Assembly: GCA_964016885.1 (NCBI GenBank)
Contig: OZ024741.1
Span: 358,112,001-358,176,000 of the forward strand
Direction of reading: 5' to 3'
DNA: 64,000 nt
Source: Eledone cirrhosa
Lineage: Eukaryota
The first letter of the stretch is position 1, and each line of letters starts with the position of its first letter. Below are positions 26,281-39,920 of this stretch, piece by piece. Made by a program: the position numbers and the translations under genes. The notes beneath the pieces were generated by a model, which saw only the letters and a list, made by a program, of their open reading frames with translations, made no database searches and had not been told where the DNA came from.

Positions 26281-26349
26281 ACATATATATTTGTTTACAA
26301 GCGAATCGAATATTATTATTAATATTCGATAAAACCCATACGCACATAT

Positions 26350-26805
26350 GTATATGAGATCAGGTTGTGTTGTGATGTGTGACTCTATATATAAGAGAGA
26401 TTTGGATGTGTCTTGATTTTTGGGCTGGGGTGTCAATGATCATCTTTGATATAGAAATTTGTAGATATTCTTTATAAATTTAAGAGAGTTGATTCAACTA
26501 TAAGAAACGAATTTGAAAAACATCCTGCCATTATATTCCTCAAGGGTCATCTATTGAAATGGAACCAGCAGGAGGGGATTTATTTACAACCCCTTTCTTA
26601 AACACTCTTATCTTGCTGTCAACCGTCACCATTTTCTGTGTGTATATATGTAAGTATGTATGTGTGTGTGTGTGTGTGTGTGCTTTAATTCCTTTAAATC
26701 TTCATCAACACTCCTTCACTCCCACACTCATTAACACCACACCCCACACCCATCCAAATCTCATATATATAGAGTCACACACCACAACACAACCTAATCT
26801 CAGAT
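26350..26805. repeat. Imperfect inverted repeat (~26350-26440 / ~26728-26803)
   Basis: GGTTGTGTTGTG..GTGTGACTCTATATATA..GATTTGGATG versus its reverse complement. Confidence 0.65.
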
Positions 26806-27046
26806 AGACAATCGCCACCGATGAATGCGAGAAAGTTCTCCAAGAAAGTTAACCAGGAATCTTTAAAAATCTCCCCACAAATTATTTAGAACTACAAGTG
26901 AAGTCATTCTTTCCCTTTTTTTAAAATATACCTAACTGTACCAAGGATCTCACACACTTTCCAATATATATATATATATATATATTAGAAAGTGAGGTTT
27001 TTTTTACAAAATGAAAAATAACCGAAGTGTCCTCCACGAGTGAAAG

Positions 27047-27335
27047 TATAAAGAAAAAAAGATGAAATCGAAAATGCAACTGGAGTCTTATTTTAAAAAA
27101 AATATATATATTTATTTGGTTCCTTTACCGGTTTCGCAGTTCTTCTGCTTTTCAAAAGTAGAGTTGAGATGGAGGGTCTGTGGTTTTTCTCACATGTGAG
27201 AAAAACCACAGACCCTCCATCTCAACTCTACTTTTGAAAAGCAGAAGAACTGCGAAACCGGTAAAGGAACCAAATAAATATATATATTTTTTTAAAAATA
27301 AGACTCCAGTTGCATTTTCGATTTCATCTTTTTTT

Positions 27336-27342
<7 letters not shown>
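27047..27342. repeat. Near-perfect spacer-less 296-bp palindrome with a U3-A8 hammerhead in each arm
   Basis: Centre CACA|TGTG at 27194/27195. Hammerhead CTT-TTGAAAA-GCAG aagaa CTGC-GAAAC CG GTA^AAG at 27231-27266(+), mirrored at 27123-27158(-). Confidence 0.85.
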
Positions 27343-27401
<59 letters not shown>

Positions 27402-28267
27402 AATATGGGGAGAAGAATACTGCATGGTTGCACATGGATAACATGTTATAAAATGAGTCCCTCATCAGTGATTTGCCAACGGTCATTGGTATTTCATTGC
27501 ATTAAAAATCATATACCTCACGTTGGTGCAATAATAAATAAAATAAGTTATTAGGACAATTAAAACGCGTAAAGCGAGTGAGACAAGTAAACAACACAGG
27601 GGAAAGCTAACCGAAGATAGGAAGAAACACAAGCTACATAGTTATTCTATCAGTATAAGCTGGGTGAATATATGAGCGAGTAAGAAATAGACCTTTCGCG
27701 ATGAATCCGATGTAAGAAAGAAGGAAATCGTTTTCGTAGCGAACGGGGGAAGTGAGAAGGGGAGAAACAGTGAGTGAGTATATATATATATATATGCATG
27801 TGTGTATATATGTGTGTGTACGTATGCATACTTACATTTATGTATCAGTTGTGCTAGGTCAAGAAATAAAATGGAACAGGTAAAAGATATATATATATAT
27901 ACGAGGGTGCTTCAAAAAAGGAGAGTTGGAAAAAACGATTTAAGTTGTGATGTTTATTTTTGACCAAATGTTCCATCTAGACTAAAGGTTCTCAACGGGG
28001 GGGGGGGGGGGCATATGTCCCGCCGGGGGCGTTTCGTAGCCCCAGGGGGGCTTTATGCTTTTTTCCATCCACTGAATTATTTTTGTATAAGTTCCCTGTG
28101 TCCACGCATCGCCTGGAAACTTAGCTGAGAATAGACTTCCCTGATGACGAAAGGCTTCTCCGTACGTTTCTTCGGAAACTATGTTTATTCCCTTTCAGAC
28201 ACTAATTAGTCGGAGTGAAATTTTAGTAAGTAAGTTAATTTTTATAATTTTCTTATTTTACGTCTTT

Positions 28268-28330
<63 letters not shown>

Positions 28331-28349
28331 CTACATACATACATGGTGG

Positions 28350-28942
28350 CTGCCAACTCGTTTTCGAGTACGGCCACTACTTTATATCCATGTAGGAGAA
28401 CCCCTACCGATGCGCTGAACGAGTGTGACTTTTTAGTCCAGCCAGCGACTTGAAAACTCAGGTACAAACATTACACTTGTGACAATTATTGACACATAGT
28501 GCTGGGCTCATGGTACCATGTGACGACAAGTGCAGAGAGATCTCCAGATATAAAGCAATGCCTGTGCCGTGAAGCTTTTATAGTGAGCAAAGGCACTGCA
28601 CAAAGCCAGTCCCACTCTCTTAACCAAGATGATATTTACCAAAAAGAACAAGTCAACATCATTGGATACCATCAAGGTTGCAGGTGTTATATCAGAGTTT
28701 TCCTTCTCCTAGAATTCTGCCTTGACAAAGGCTAAGGGGTCATCTCTCCCGGTCATTTTGGATGGCCATTGACTCTTAAGAGCTCCTTTGCCCTTTGTTT
28801 TGTTTTTAGTCCTGCAGGATGTCCAAGTCCCCCTTCTCACCAATAAACCTTGGTGGGGTTGCCAGTTTAGTCGCCAACGACCCGACCACGAGACAGGTTG
28901 TACTGGGATACACGTTACCAGTAGCACCAACTGGTGACCTGA
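28350..28942 (-). mobile_element. 5' UTR fragment of an RTE-type LINE with a candidate HDV-like ribozyme at its 5' end
   Basis: CTAGGAGAAGGAAAACTCTGAT motif, which I recall from RTE 5' UTRs; HDV-like pairing elements at 28862-28939. Confidence 0.5.
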
Positions 28943-29101
28943 CATACATACATACATACATATATACATACATACATTTACGTATGTTTATAGCTATGCA
29001 TTTATACATTTGTATATATATACATGCATTTATATTTAAGTGTGTAAGGTTATATATATATATGTGTGTGTGTGTGCGTGTGTGTATAATATATATATTA
29101 T

Positions 29102-29130
<29 letters not shown>

Positions 29131-29132
<2 letters not shown>

Positions 29133-29308
29133 GGAAAAAGTATGACCCCGACGGTAGAGCTCAAACCGTTTCGACGGCTATAGTCCAACGGCTTGAGCTC
29201 TGCAGTCGGGGTCATACTTTTTCAAATTTCCCACTCTACTACCCTAAGTATTGAGTACTCTGGTGCGTTATGGTCCATTTGGTTCCTTATCACAATTCCT
29301 TTGTTATA
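29131..29308 (+). mobile_element. Mini-element: PLE pseudo-LTR 3' end with a short inverted 5' copy, in (TA)n
   Basis: Palindrome 29134-29223 is built from the hammerhead 3' half seen at 17722-17760; the terminus matches 17764-17790. Confidence 0.8.
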
Positions 29309-29578
29309 TATATATATATGCAGTGTGACAAGAAGCTTGTTTCCCAACCACATATTTCCGGGTTCAGTCCCACTGCCCGAGCCGACCAAAGCCCTGTGAG
29401 TGGATTTGATAATCGAAACTAAAAGAAGCCCGTCGTATATATATATGTATATATGTCTGTGTGTGTCTTTGCGTTTGTGTTTGCCCTCCCACCAATGCTT
29501 GTTGGTTTGTTGACGTCCCCATAACTTACCAAGGTGATGCTCCAGCATGGGCGTAGTCCAGAGACAGAAAAAAGTAAA

Positions 29579-29618
<40 letters not shown>

Positions 29619-29744
29619 ATAGAAGAGGGGTCTCAAACTCAAGGACACAAAAGGGCTATTACGTCCTGGAGGAGAGGCACAGTGAACCAAACGCGGTGGT
29701 GGGTGAACATTTTCACCAGTTATAATCATTTCTACTATAGGAAC

Positions 29745-29939
29745 AAGGCATGAAATTTGGGGTTTAGGGTTCAGTCGATTGCATCGATCCTAGTACACAA
29801 CTGGTACTTAATTCATCGACCCAAAAAGGATGTAAGGCAAAGTTGAGATCAGCGGAATTTGAACTCAGAACGTAAAAACGGAAGAAGTACCGTTAAGCAT
29901 TTCCCCAGATGTGCTAACTATTCCACCAGCTCGCCGCCT
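29745..29939 (-). mobile_element. SINE family A (diverged subfamily)
   Basis: Same core and A/B-box head as other family A copies. Confidence 0.8.
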
Positions 29940-30254
29940 TATTTTCACCAGTTATAATGCGATATGAAATATTGGTTCTATGACAGATAAGTAGTTCGCG
30001 GGCCGCATGTGTGAGCCCCTGTTGGAGATAAATAGATATATTTCTTTATTTACCATAAAGGCACAAAAAGAAGGGACAAATACAAAGGGGGAGTTTACAT
30101 AAAACCGAGTAAAAAGGGTATAAAATGAAAATAATCAAAAACAACCTCAAAAGGGAGGGAACGTGATGGGGGTTGCACCCCCCCCGAAAAAGTGTGCAAT
30201 CCTTTGCCCGGGGAGCACATGGAGAAGGTGCTCCCCTCTCCTTCACTTCTTTAC

Positions 30255-33200
30255 CTACAGGATGGTATACAGAGAAGGCCCATTTACACGAGCCATTCTC
30301 GCCACTATCACCCACCTTTCATAAAACTGCCTGTGGCCAAGCACCTCTCTCTCCATTCTTATCCTTCTTCCGAAGTGATATCGGAAGAAGTAGACCAGAC
30401 TATGGCCAGAGAGGAAGTTGTCTGACCTCAGACCTTTCAATCGTGTCCACCAAACAACCTCTTTCAACATGGCTATTACGCACAGAAAAACCGCCTTTGC
30501 TTCCTTTGTGAAGAGGGGAGGCGGCTTGTTTGTTATCACGGACTCGGCGGTTAATCGAATCGGCGCCACCCGCGACAGCAGTCGTTCGGCGTAGCCCCAC
30601 AGATCAGCCACACCCGGACAGTGCACCAATGCGTGCGCAACGGTTTCTTCGTGACGCACGCATCTAGGGCAAATCTTTTTCGAGGGATCCCTGCCCGGGC
30701 GCCCGTGTCTTTAGAGCTTTTCTCGAACGGGTAGAGCCCCCGGTAGCACTGCCAGGCTAGTGACTTCTGGAAGTTGTCCATTGGTCCCGGGCCGAAAGTC
30801 CTACCGAACAGGCTGGCCAGTTCGTCCTTTTCCATGTCCAGCGACTCTCCAATGGTGTCATCGCCCCAGCTAGCCACCAGCCCTCTATAGAATGACGAGG
30901 TGGATTCTCCACCGATGGCCGGGTCCGCTTGCCAGAGGGCCCTGAGCGCCTGGGCACACTCACTTGACCAGGGAGGAATACTTGTAGGTGCCGTAGCCTT
31001 AATGCGTGCCTACGCATCATCAACCACGGCATCCCCAGCCCTCCTTTCGAAGGTTGTTGGCAGCAGATGGATCTTCTCACCATAGGAGGGCGCTTCTTCC
31101 AAAGAAATTGAAAGAGCATGCGTTCCATGGTGGTGAGTGTTTCCTTAGGGCAAGGCACGACAGCCAGGCGGTAGTAGGTGACGGACTCTATGTAAATGTT
31201 CGCCACCTCCGCCCGACCTTTCAGGGACAACTTACACTTGGCCCATTTCTGGGTTAGTGCAAACACCTTGCTCGTAACCTCGCCCCAGTTCTTTTCCACC
31301 TGGAAGTCCGGTCCAAACCAGACCCCAAGCAACTTCACCGGGCCCTCCGTCCAGTGTCCGACGACACCGTCGGGAGGCATCGGTCTGCCTCTCCACGTTC
31401 CGAGTTGCAGCCCGATGGATTTTTCCCGGTTCAGTTTCGCTCCTGACAACCTTTCGTATTCCTCCAGTAAGGTACCGATCGCCTCGATCTCCGAGTCGGT
31501 CGATACCATTACTGTTACGTCATCGGCGTAGGCCGACACCGCTTTGCTCAATCCTGGTTCCAGGGGGATACCCTGCAACAACTCCAACTTCTTCAGTAAA
31601 GGCTCGAGGGTCAATACGTACAGAAGGGAGGAGAGAGGGCACCCCTGTCGAATGGATCGTGTGATTTCGAACGGATTCGAAAGGTAGCCGTTCACCTTGA
31701 TCCTAGAACAGATGTGGTTGCTATGTAAGGCAGTGATCCAGCCTCTGAAAACAGGACCGAACCCAGCCGCCGCTAGCACCGCATCCAGGTAACCATGGTC
31801 GACCCTATCGAAGGCCTTAGACTGATCCAAGTTGATCAGGGCCCCACCGAAGCCGGGTTTGTTGCCAACCCTCTCTATGATGTATCGCATGAGGTGGAGG
31901 TTGTCGTGAATGGACCTGGATGGGATAGCACATGTCTGCGCATCTCCCACCAGGCTACCCACGACAAGCGCCAACCTCTTTGCTAACACCTTTAGCAGGG
32001 TTATGGGCCGAAAATTATTTATACTATCCCCCTTGTTCTCGTCCTTCCTCACCAGCGAGACTACGCCCTTGGCTACAGAACAAGGAATTCTCCCGTTCTG
32101 CTGTCAATTGCAGTAGACTGCTTCGAGGAGTTCGGAGAAGACCGGCATTGCTAAATAAAGTTCGTAAGGTATACCATCGAGACCTGGAGATTTGCGTCTG
32201 CTGCATTGGCTCAGCGCATCCCCGATCTCATCAGCCGAGATTGGTCTCTCGCAGGACTCTGCCTCTTCGCTCGAGAGACGCGGCAGGCCGTCGAGGTATG
32301 GACCGAAATCCACGTCCCCGCACGGACCCTCGCCTTCCCCGAACAATCGGGCAAAGTGCCTTTGAAAGGCCTCGCACATCTGCTTAGGCTCCCAGATCAC
32401 CCGTCCATCCTCGTCTTGCAAAGATCGGATGGTGGATCGATTTCCACTCTTAGCTTCTGTCACGCGGGCCCAGCCAACGGCTTTGGCCCCCTCATTACCT
32501 AGAGCACGTATTTTACTTCGAATGACGCAGCCTTCGTGCTTTGCATCGAAAAACTGGCTCAAGGCCGTCCTCGATGCCAGCACTCTGGCCACATCTTCGC
32601 TCTTGATTGCCTCTTCTAATTTACCTGTTAATTCTTTCTCGTTCCTATTCCTATCGGCAGCTAACATCTTGCTATAACTTATTGATTCCGTTCTAATCTC
32701 TCTTTTGAGAGATGCCCACCATCGGTTCTTGACGATTGCACCCGCCAACCTCTCCTTAACTAATCTGCTAATCCGGTCTCTGTAAGCCTCTTTTGCCGGT
32801 AAAGACAAATTAAGTTTCCAGTAACCGGGACCCTGTCTATGTGTTCTCTCGAGGTTGACTGCGCAGGTCACTAATTTGTGATCTGTATAGCCAACCGTGA
32901 GCATTTCTGGACAGCTTAATATGTCCCTATCCTTACTTCTAACTAAGAATCTATCTAAGTACGATCTAGATTGACCACTGTGGTTCGTCCAAGTCCAGGT
33001 TGGCACAGTTGGAAAATCTAGTCGATATCTATCGACCAAGTTAAAACGGTCGAGTAACCCCTTGAGGCTGTTACACCCCCTCTATTAGGACATGCTCCTG
33101 CATAGTCCCAACGTGCATCTAGGATGTCATTCCACTCCCCCGCTAGAAGCAGGGAACGCGACGTTCCCAGAAAAGTCTCCAGACGCTGGAAGAAGTCGGG

Positions 33201-33554
33201 TCATTCAGCTCCGAAAGGGGAGTAGACGGCGACCAGTCTCAAGGCCGCACCTCCACTACTGCCAACGTCTAGCACCAACAAATGACCTTCCGGGTCCGAG
33301 TGAACAACCTGTACGGCGAGACCCAGGTGTTTTTCCAGCAGTACGACAACCCCACCCCACCTCCAGGTTGACAGATATGCGTGCACCTCAAAGTCATCGA
33401 AGGTAGGGGCCAGCTGCCGCACGACGCTGATCCGAGTCTCACAGATAACCATTACATTTATACCACGTGACCTGAGGTCATTTAGAAGCTTTGCTTGCTT
33501 CCAAGTTGAGCCCAGGCCACGTGCATTCAAACATCCTACTCTTAACACATCCAT
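30255..33554 (-). pseudogene. Tx1 ORF2 (APE endonuclease plus reverse transcriptase), several stops and frameshifts
   Basis: LNARGL, CETR, SYLDRFLV, TDHK, WKLN, KSPGLDGIPYE, FRPITLL, LDQSKAFDRV, RQGCPLS, AYADD, ETVAHALVHC. Confidence 0.92.
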
Positions 33555-33678
33555 GTGGGCGGCAAAGCCAAAGGAGAGTGTAGAGACCTACCTTTCTGCT
33601 TTCCGGGGTTCGGGTCGCACGACTTCCATGGGGTTGGGGGTGTTGGGTGAAGGGGTGTCTTGTGGTGGTGTGGGGTCG

Positions 33679-35277
33679 TCAGTGTTTTGTGGGGTTGGGA
33701 TGTTTGGAGTTGTGTTGGGGAGGGGGAAAGCTTTTTAGGAGGACGCGGTTTATGGGTTTGACAGAGGGTGGTCCTACGTCCTCCTTAAAATCCTTTTTTA
33801 GTTTTTGGTAGAGGTTCATTGGGACTTTTATTAATTTTAATTGTGGGTTGTTTTCTGAAAAAACAAAGTTTACCCCTTCGGTTTGTACCGAAGGGTTATT
33901 GTTTATGAGTTCATTTAATTTATTATTGTTTCTGTTGATGTAAGTATAGTGTAATGTCTTTTTTTCGGATGGTGTGAGTGTTTCGAAGAGGGGAGGGGCA
34001 GGTTTGGTTTTGTTTGTTGCTGGAGGGATGTTTTGTGTTTTGTTGGATTGTGTTGACATTTGGGTAGGGGCTGTTTGGCCTTGTGTGTTTTGCACATGTT
34101 TTCTTTTTTCCCTTTTAATCTGTCTGAAGGACTCCGTTTCTTCCTCCGAATTCGTTGGGTTATCTTCAGTGTTGGAGGGAAGAGGTATGTTTGCTGGTAG
34201 TGTTTCCGTGTTAGTTTTCTTTGTGGGGGAGATGGATGTCACTATGTTAGACTGTGTTGTGTGTTGTGGCTGCGGTGGTTGTGTTGTTTTATTGAGTGAG
34301 GGGTTGGGTGGGACTGTGTTTTGTTTTTGGGTAATGTGTTGTGTTTGTTTGTGCTGTGGTGGTGGTGTAGTTTTATTGAGGGACGGGTTGGGTGGGACTG
34401 AGTTTTGTTGTTTGTTTGTCTGTTGTGGTGGTGGTGGAGCTGGTGTTGGTAGCAGGGTTTTCTTCTTGTTGAGTTGGGGACAAGCCGCCTTCAGGTGCCC
34501 TCTGCCTGCACAGATATGACAGGACGGCCTTCTCCCCTCCACGCTAATGTTTATATACCCGTGGCCCTCTAATAGGATTCTGTCAGGTATTTGGGCGATG
34601 CGTTCAGGCTTCATTTGCACTACAAGTTCTATACCTGTTCCACTGAACGCATTGCCTGTGGTTTTCCCAATGGAAATCACGTTGTCATTCGCTGGATCGA
34701 TGAAGCCAGCTATGAGCCAGCAGTAGTCCATATCTGGCATCATCGCATCCAGCCATATGCGCTGAGTTCTTTTACCCATATAAGATGGATAAAAGGTAAA
34801 ATGTGTCGAACGAATCGGCGACAAAGCATATTTTTTCGCCGCCGATTCGTTCTTCATAATAATGGCCAGGCTTCCATACAGCCTGTCTCTTTTTATGAAA
34901 GTGGCTTCATTAAATAATTCTCTAAGTACCGCTTTAATTTCTACTTGTGTTGCTTGTTGTGGCTTTTTTGAGATGTTGTTGATGGTGCGGAAAACGACCG
35001 TTCAACTTTCAATATCTTTGGTGAGTTCTTGGGGCATTTTTACCGACAAGGCTCCATTTTCCCCTTGTTTGGCGTTTTTTATTCTTTGTGCCACATCTGA
35101 AATATTTTCAGGTATGCACGTTAAAGATTTTTTTGTTGTTTGTGCAAATGAGATGTTATTGGTGTTGACTTTGTCGTCTGCTTTGCTTTCTGTTATGATG
35201 TTGTTGTTTACAAATGTTATTTTTGTGTTTGTTGTTTCTTTGTTTGTGGTATTAATATTGTCATGCAATTCTTTCAA
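33679..35277 (-). pseudogene. Tx1 ORF1 (gag-like, zinc knuckle CHICAGRGHLKAAC), in-frame stop at 35002-35004
   Basis: ORFs 35002-35277 and 33679-34857 are in the same frame. Confidence 0.8.
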
Positions 35278-35808
35278 ATTTTTGTTGTTTTAGGAATCAA
35301 TCTCCAGATTTGTGTTTTCGTCGACATTTTTCTCCGCACATTCGTCTGTTTTTATTTTATTTTTTCTTTCCTTCTCTATGACGTTAGTTGGGAAGGAAGG
35401 GGGGGGGGACTAAAGCTTGCGAGCTTACAACTCTTACCGCTGTCCCCCTACCACTATTTTCGTTAGCTTCATTTAACATTTCTCCCAGACGTTTGAAATT
35501 TTATGCAACAAAATCTTTTTAAAAACAGGTTTTTCACCCCTGGGAGGGGCGAAAATGAGCTGACCCACCGCCTGACAGTTCAGACGGGGGGGGGGGGGGG
35601 TCAAGCTACACAATAGTATCAAAATTAAAATTAAACTTACAACATTTCCGCAATAAATTGGAACAAAACTTCTGCGCGAAGTGAATTACGTCTACGCTAT
35701 CGAACAGACGACAACTAGATTAAAGGGAGATAAATAGATAGATAGATAGATGTGTACCAAACACACACACATTTCTTACTCTCTCTGTCCCTCCCTCTTT
35801 CTCTCTTC

Positions 35809-35847
<39 letters not shown>

Positions 35848-35993
35848 ATATACGTTCCTTCACGCACAAGGCGCCAAGGTACGCATGTATTTTTATTTTT
35901 GGGATTCGAAACCGATCGGTAAAGGTAACTATAGTAGGTAAAGTCAATTTTTTAAAATTTATTTTGAAACTTTTTCATTATTTGCTAAACCTT

Positions 35994-36060
<67 letters not shown>

Positions 36061-36182
36061 CGTGTGGAGCGTTGTTATTTGGCGTTGTTGAAAAGAGGTG
36101 TGGCCTTTGACCTGGCAATAAAAAACTGTAGACAAAATTCTTTCTGTACCAAGGCACACACACTCACAAGTTTGTGTGTGTG

Positions 36183-36221
<39 letters not shown>

Positions 36222-37834
36222 AATGAATAATAACAGGTAGACATCATAAAAAGGTAGTTTATTCCGTGTGCTTACAAGTGTTTCCACGGTGGTGCTGCAG
36301 CCTAGTTCCGCTACGTGCAAATTCACAAGTATTTGCAGAACTCGAATATCCAATCTTAAGGTAGTAAACTTTCTGGACGTAACTCTTAATTTAAATACCG
36401 GACAGATACGACCTTTCCACAAGGTAAATGAGAACCTTACGTATATTGACTTTAACTCTAACCACCCACTCTCCATGATCAAATCAGTTCCCCGGAGTAT
36501 TTCTCTTAGAATCTCTCGCCTATCGTCTAACTCTGATTTTTTAGCGAACATGCTGAATACTACAATAATGCATTAAGGAATGCTGACCACCGGGATACAA
36601 TAGAATACATCGATAGTAATTTCCACAACACGCATAGCTCTACACGTAATCAAGGTATACGTAACCGGGGGACTAAAACACAAGCACACACACACTGTAC
36701 TACCAGACATACTAATAATAGAAGATCACCACCAAATAAATCACGTTGTAGAAAGTATATCTGGTATAATCCTATTTTTAATGCCTCGATTAGTACAAAA
36801 CTATCTCTTTCATTCTTTAAATTAATCAATAAACACTTCCCTAGTTCCCATAAGTACAGCAAAATTCTGAACTCCAAAACTATTAGACTATCATACTCCA
36901 CGGCACCAAACCTTGAAGCATACATAAAAAAACTTAACTTAAGGCAATTAAACAACTCTAAAAAACAAAACATTTTAGTAACAGATGGGCAGAACGCAAT
37001 ATCTGCCTCCCAACCACTAAATGGGAGACGGGTATTGCACAACCCACCTGTACCGCTATCACAACCTATCCATACAACAAAGCATGTAACTGCCATCTAC
37101 CTGAAAGATGTCCATTGCAGAATGAATGCCTAAAGTCCAACATTGTTTACCAATGCACGATTGAATCGGACGACCAGAAATGGTATTATATCGGATCTAC
37201 CACCACATCGTTTAAATCTCGCTGGTACCGTCATCGATTCTCAATCAAACATCAGAATCACCGTTTTGTGACCACGCTCGCCAACAAGACCTGGCAACTC
37301 CGCGAACACAACCAACAGTTCACCTTAAAATGGGATATACTTTCCAGCGCAAATGCATATCGGAGTGGTTTGAAGTACTGCAGGTTATGTAACCTTGAGC
37401 TATTTTACATACTAAAATCCCAAAACAAACTACTTAACGATAGAATTGAACGATCATTATACTGCAACCACAAACTAAAAGCTAAATTCTCTCACTATAA
37501 AATAACTTAACATTCGAACCCGTAACTACAACACCACTTTCTAGCTAACAACCTTCTCTTCCCCCCACACTACAAGACAATACACTGCTTATCACTATAC
37601 ATGGTAACTCAGTACAACTCCTAGAATACTACTACAAAACCAAAAGTTCACTCACCACACATATTTATCTGTCCCCTCTCTACCTATATATATCTCTCTC
37701 TACATCCATTACACTCTCTCTCTCTCACCTTTGACCTACCTCCCTCTCAACATTTATGAACCTGCCCTCTGGGGCAATAAATAATTCCGACCTCAACTAT
37801 CTACGCATCTCTCCAAAAGTAACTAATAAAACCC

Positions 37835-39920
37835 TGTAGCGGTTGTCTCCCTTGTTTTGATTGGAATCTAGACGGGAGGTGGAGCCCTTTCTTCAACTTC
37901 CGGTCAGAGCCCTATAAAACTAACAACTTTAACCACTCTTTCTCTCATTGCCTTTTCGGCACCAGGTCAAGAGCCTCACATTTGGCTCTGCCATTCATTT
38001 GGCCAACAGGCGCCTGGCCTTAGCCAGGCGTCCTCTGCCAGCCGCGTTTGCCTGGCAATCAAAACGGTAACTACTAACTTTGCTTCATTCTAACATCATC
38101 CTCATCTTTGACATGTCAACTATACTATCTACCATTGTTAATTAAATATATATCTACACAAACAATGTATTCCTTGTTACATTCATACAACCCAGTAATC
38201 TCGCTATATTGGTAACCCTAACGTGATACGAACACGCAGCCGTTCATCGCTATAAGTGGTCACCCCCCCAAAAATAAAAAAATAGCACATCTGGTTTTGT
38301 GTGACTAACATTACGAATACACAGCAAATTTATCGACAAACTATGAAAATACTCAAGGACACGCACACACGCACATGTGGAATTCGCACAGACAGACTTT
38401 TTCTCTCACGCATCAACTAACTGTCGCATTTCACCAATATATATATATGTTTCTCGTTTCTTACAACGAACTCTTTCAAAACAAAAAAAAAAAAAAGAAA
38501 TTTGATATTCTTTAAAAAAACATTTCAACAGGAACATTTATTTTCGATGAACCATTGCCTTTTTGTTCATCGTTTTCTTCATCGTTCAAGTTTTTTTTTT
38601 TTTTCCCAAAGTTCACACCAATAATTATGCTGAGTGAAGCCTTTCTTTTTCATCATTGTCACTTTCAAAATTGCACTATCATTTTTTCGCGCGTTAGAAA
38701 TATTATTTTTTTCAACCTTGTATTGGCACGTGTAGGCAGCACAAATTCTCGATTCACAGAGATGTCTCTACTCACAGACATAGCCGCACGCCAGAGATAA
38801 CATTTCTCGCCAAGGATTCTTCAGCCTTAAGCTATATTCTTCTATTTGCCGGTTTATAAATTTACAATGTAAATTTACCGTTGATAACCGCGCATTTATT
38901 GGGAATGCTTATTTCTCTGGTCGCTGGCCTCTTGACCCTTCTAGGTCAACGCATTCTCAACATCGACCATCAACTTCGGCTGCTATTTCTAGCACTTTGC
39001 GCAACTCATTTTTTCTAAAAAAAAAAGGAAAACATTTTTTTTTTTTTTTTTTTTTTACTGTGAATTTAGACACCGAATACGCTCACTCAGCGAGACAACA
39101 GCAGCAGCAGCAATACACCAACACAGCTTCACCAACAACCAGCAGAACGCCAGAGAATTTATTTTTGCAGCACTCTCCCTGTGAGAAAATCCATTCGGAG
39201 GTTGGAAATTTCACGATATACCACAGAACAGAAACCACCTGCATTCATTCTCTGGAACACACTTTCTTTCCTGCTGTCATGTGATTGCACACCTGTGAAC
39301 TATATTTTGTACATTTGAACTTTGAGCTCTTCTATTACTTTTACTTTATTACATTGTATCTTTGGGTGATGGATAGATGGATGTCCAGTCGTTCTCTGGC
39401 CAAGAGCGGTTGACTACCTTGATATCTATCATTGACTTTTGCAAACATTCTTTTGTCGTAATTTTCATGCCTGTTACAACATTCTCGCCAACTTGCTACA
39501 TATTTTCATTTCGATTTTTATACACTAAAATTCTGGCGGGAGGTTATGTAGCGGTTGTCTCCCTTGTTTTGATTGGGATCTAGACGGGAGGTGGAGCCCT
39601 TTCTGCAACTTCCGGTCAGAGCCCTATAAAACTAACAACTTTAACCACTCTTTCTCTCATTGCCTTTTCGGCACCAGGCCAAGAGCCTCACATTTGGCTC
39701 TGCCATTCATTTGGCCAACAGGCGCCTGGCCTTAGCCAGGCGTCCTCTGCCAGCCGCGTTTGCCTGGCAATCAAAACGGTAACTACTAACTTTGCTTCAT
39801 TCTAACATCATCCTCATCTTTGACATGTCAACTATACTATCTACCATTGTTAATTAAATATATATCTACACAAACAATGTATTCCTTGTTACATTCATAC
39901 AACCCAGTAATCTCGCTATA
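37835..39920 (+). mobile_element. Non-autonomous LTR retrotransposon (TRIM/LARD-like, Gypsy-type signals)
   Basis: Near-identical 374-bp LTRs at 37835-38208 and 39547-39920 (TGTAGC...GCTATA); PBS TGGTAACCCTAACGTGAT at 38210-38227; PPT-like GGCGGGAGG before the 3' LTR; ACCC TSD; no gag/pol in the interior. Confidence 0.88.

Larger units (their letters stand above)
30039..35725 (-). mobile_element. Full-length Tx1/L1-clade LINE, disrupted
   Basis: 15-bp TSD GGAGATAAATAGATA at 30024-30038 and 35726-35740; ORF1 with CCHC knuckle; ORF2 with APE, RT and a C-terminal Cys/His motif. Confidence 0.93.
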
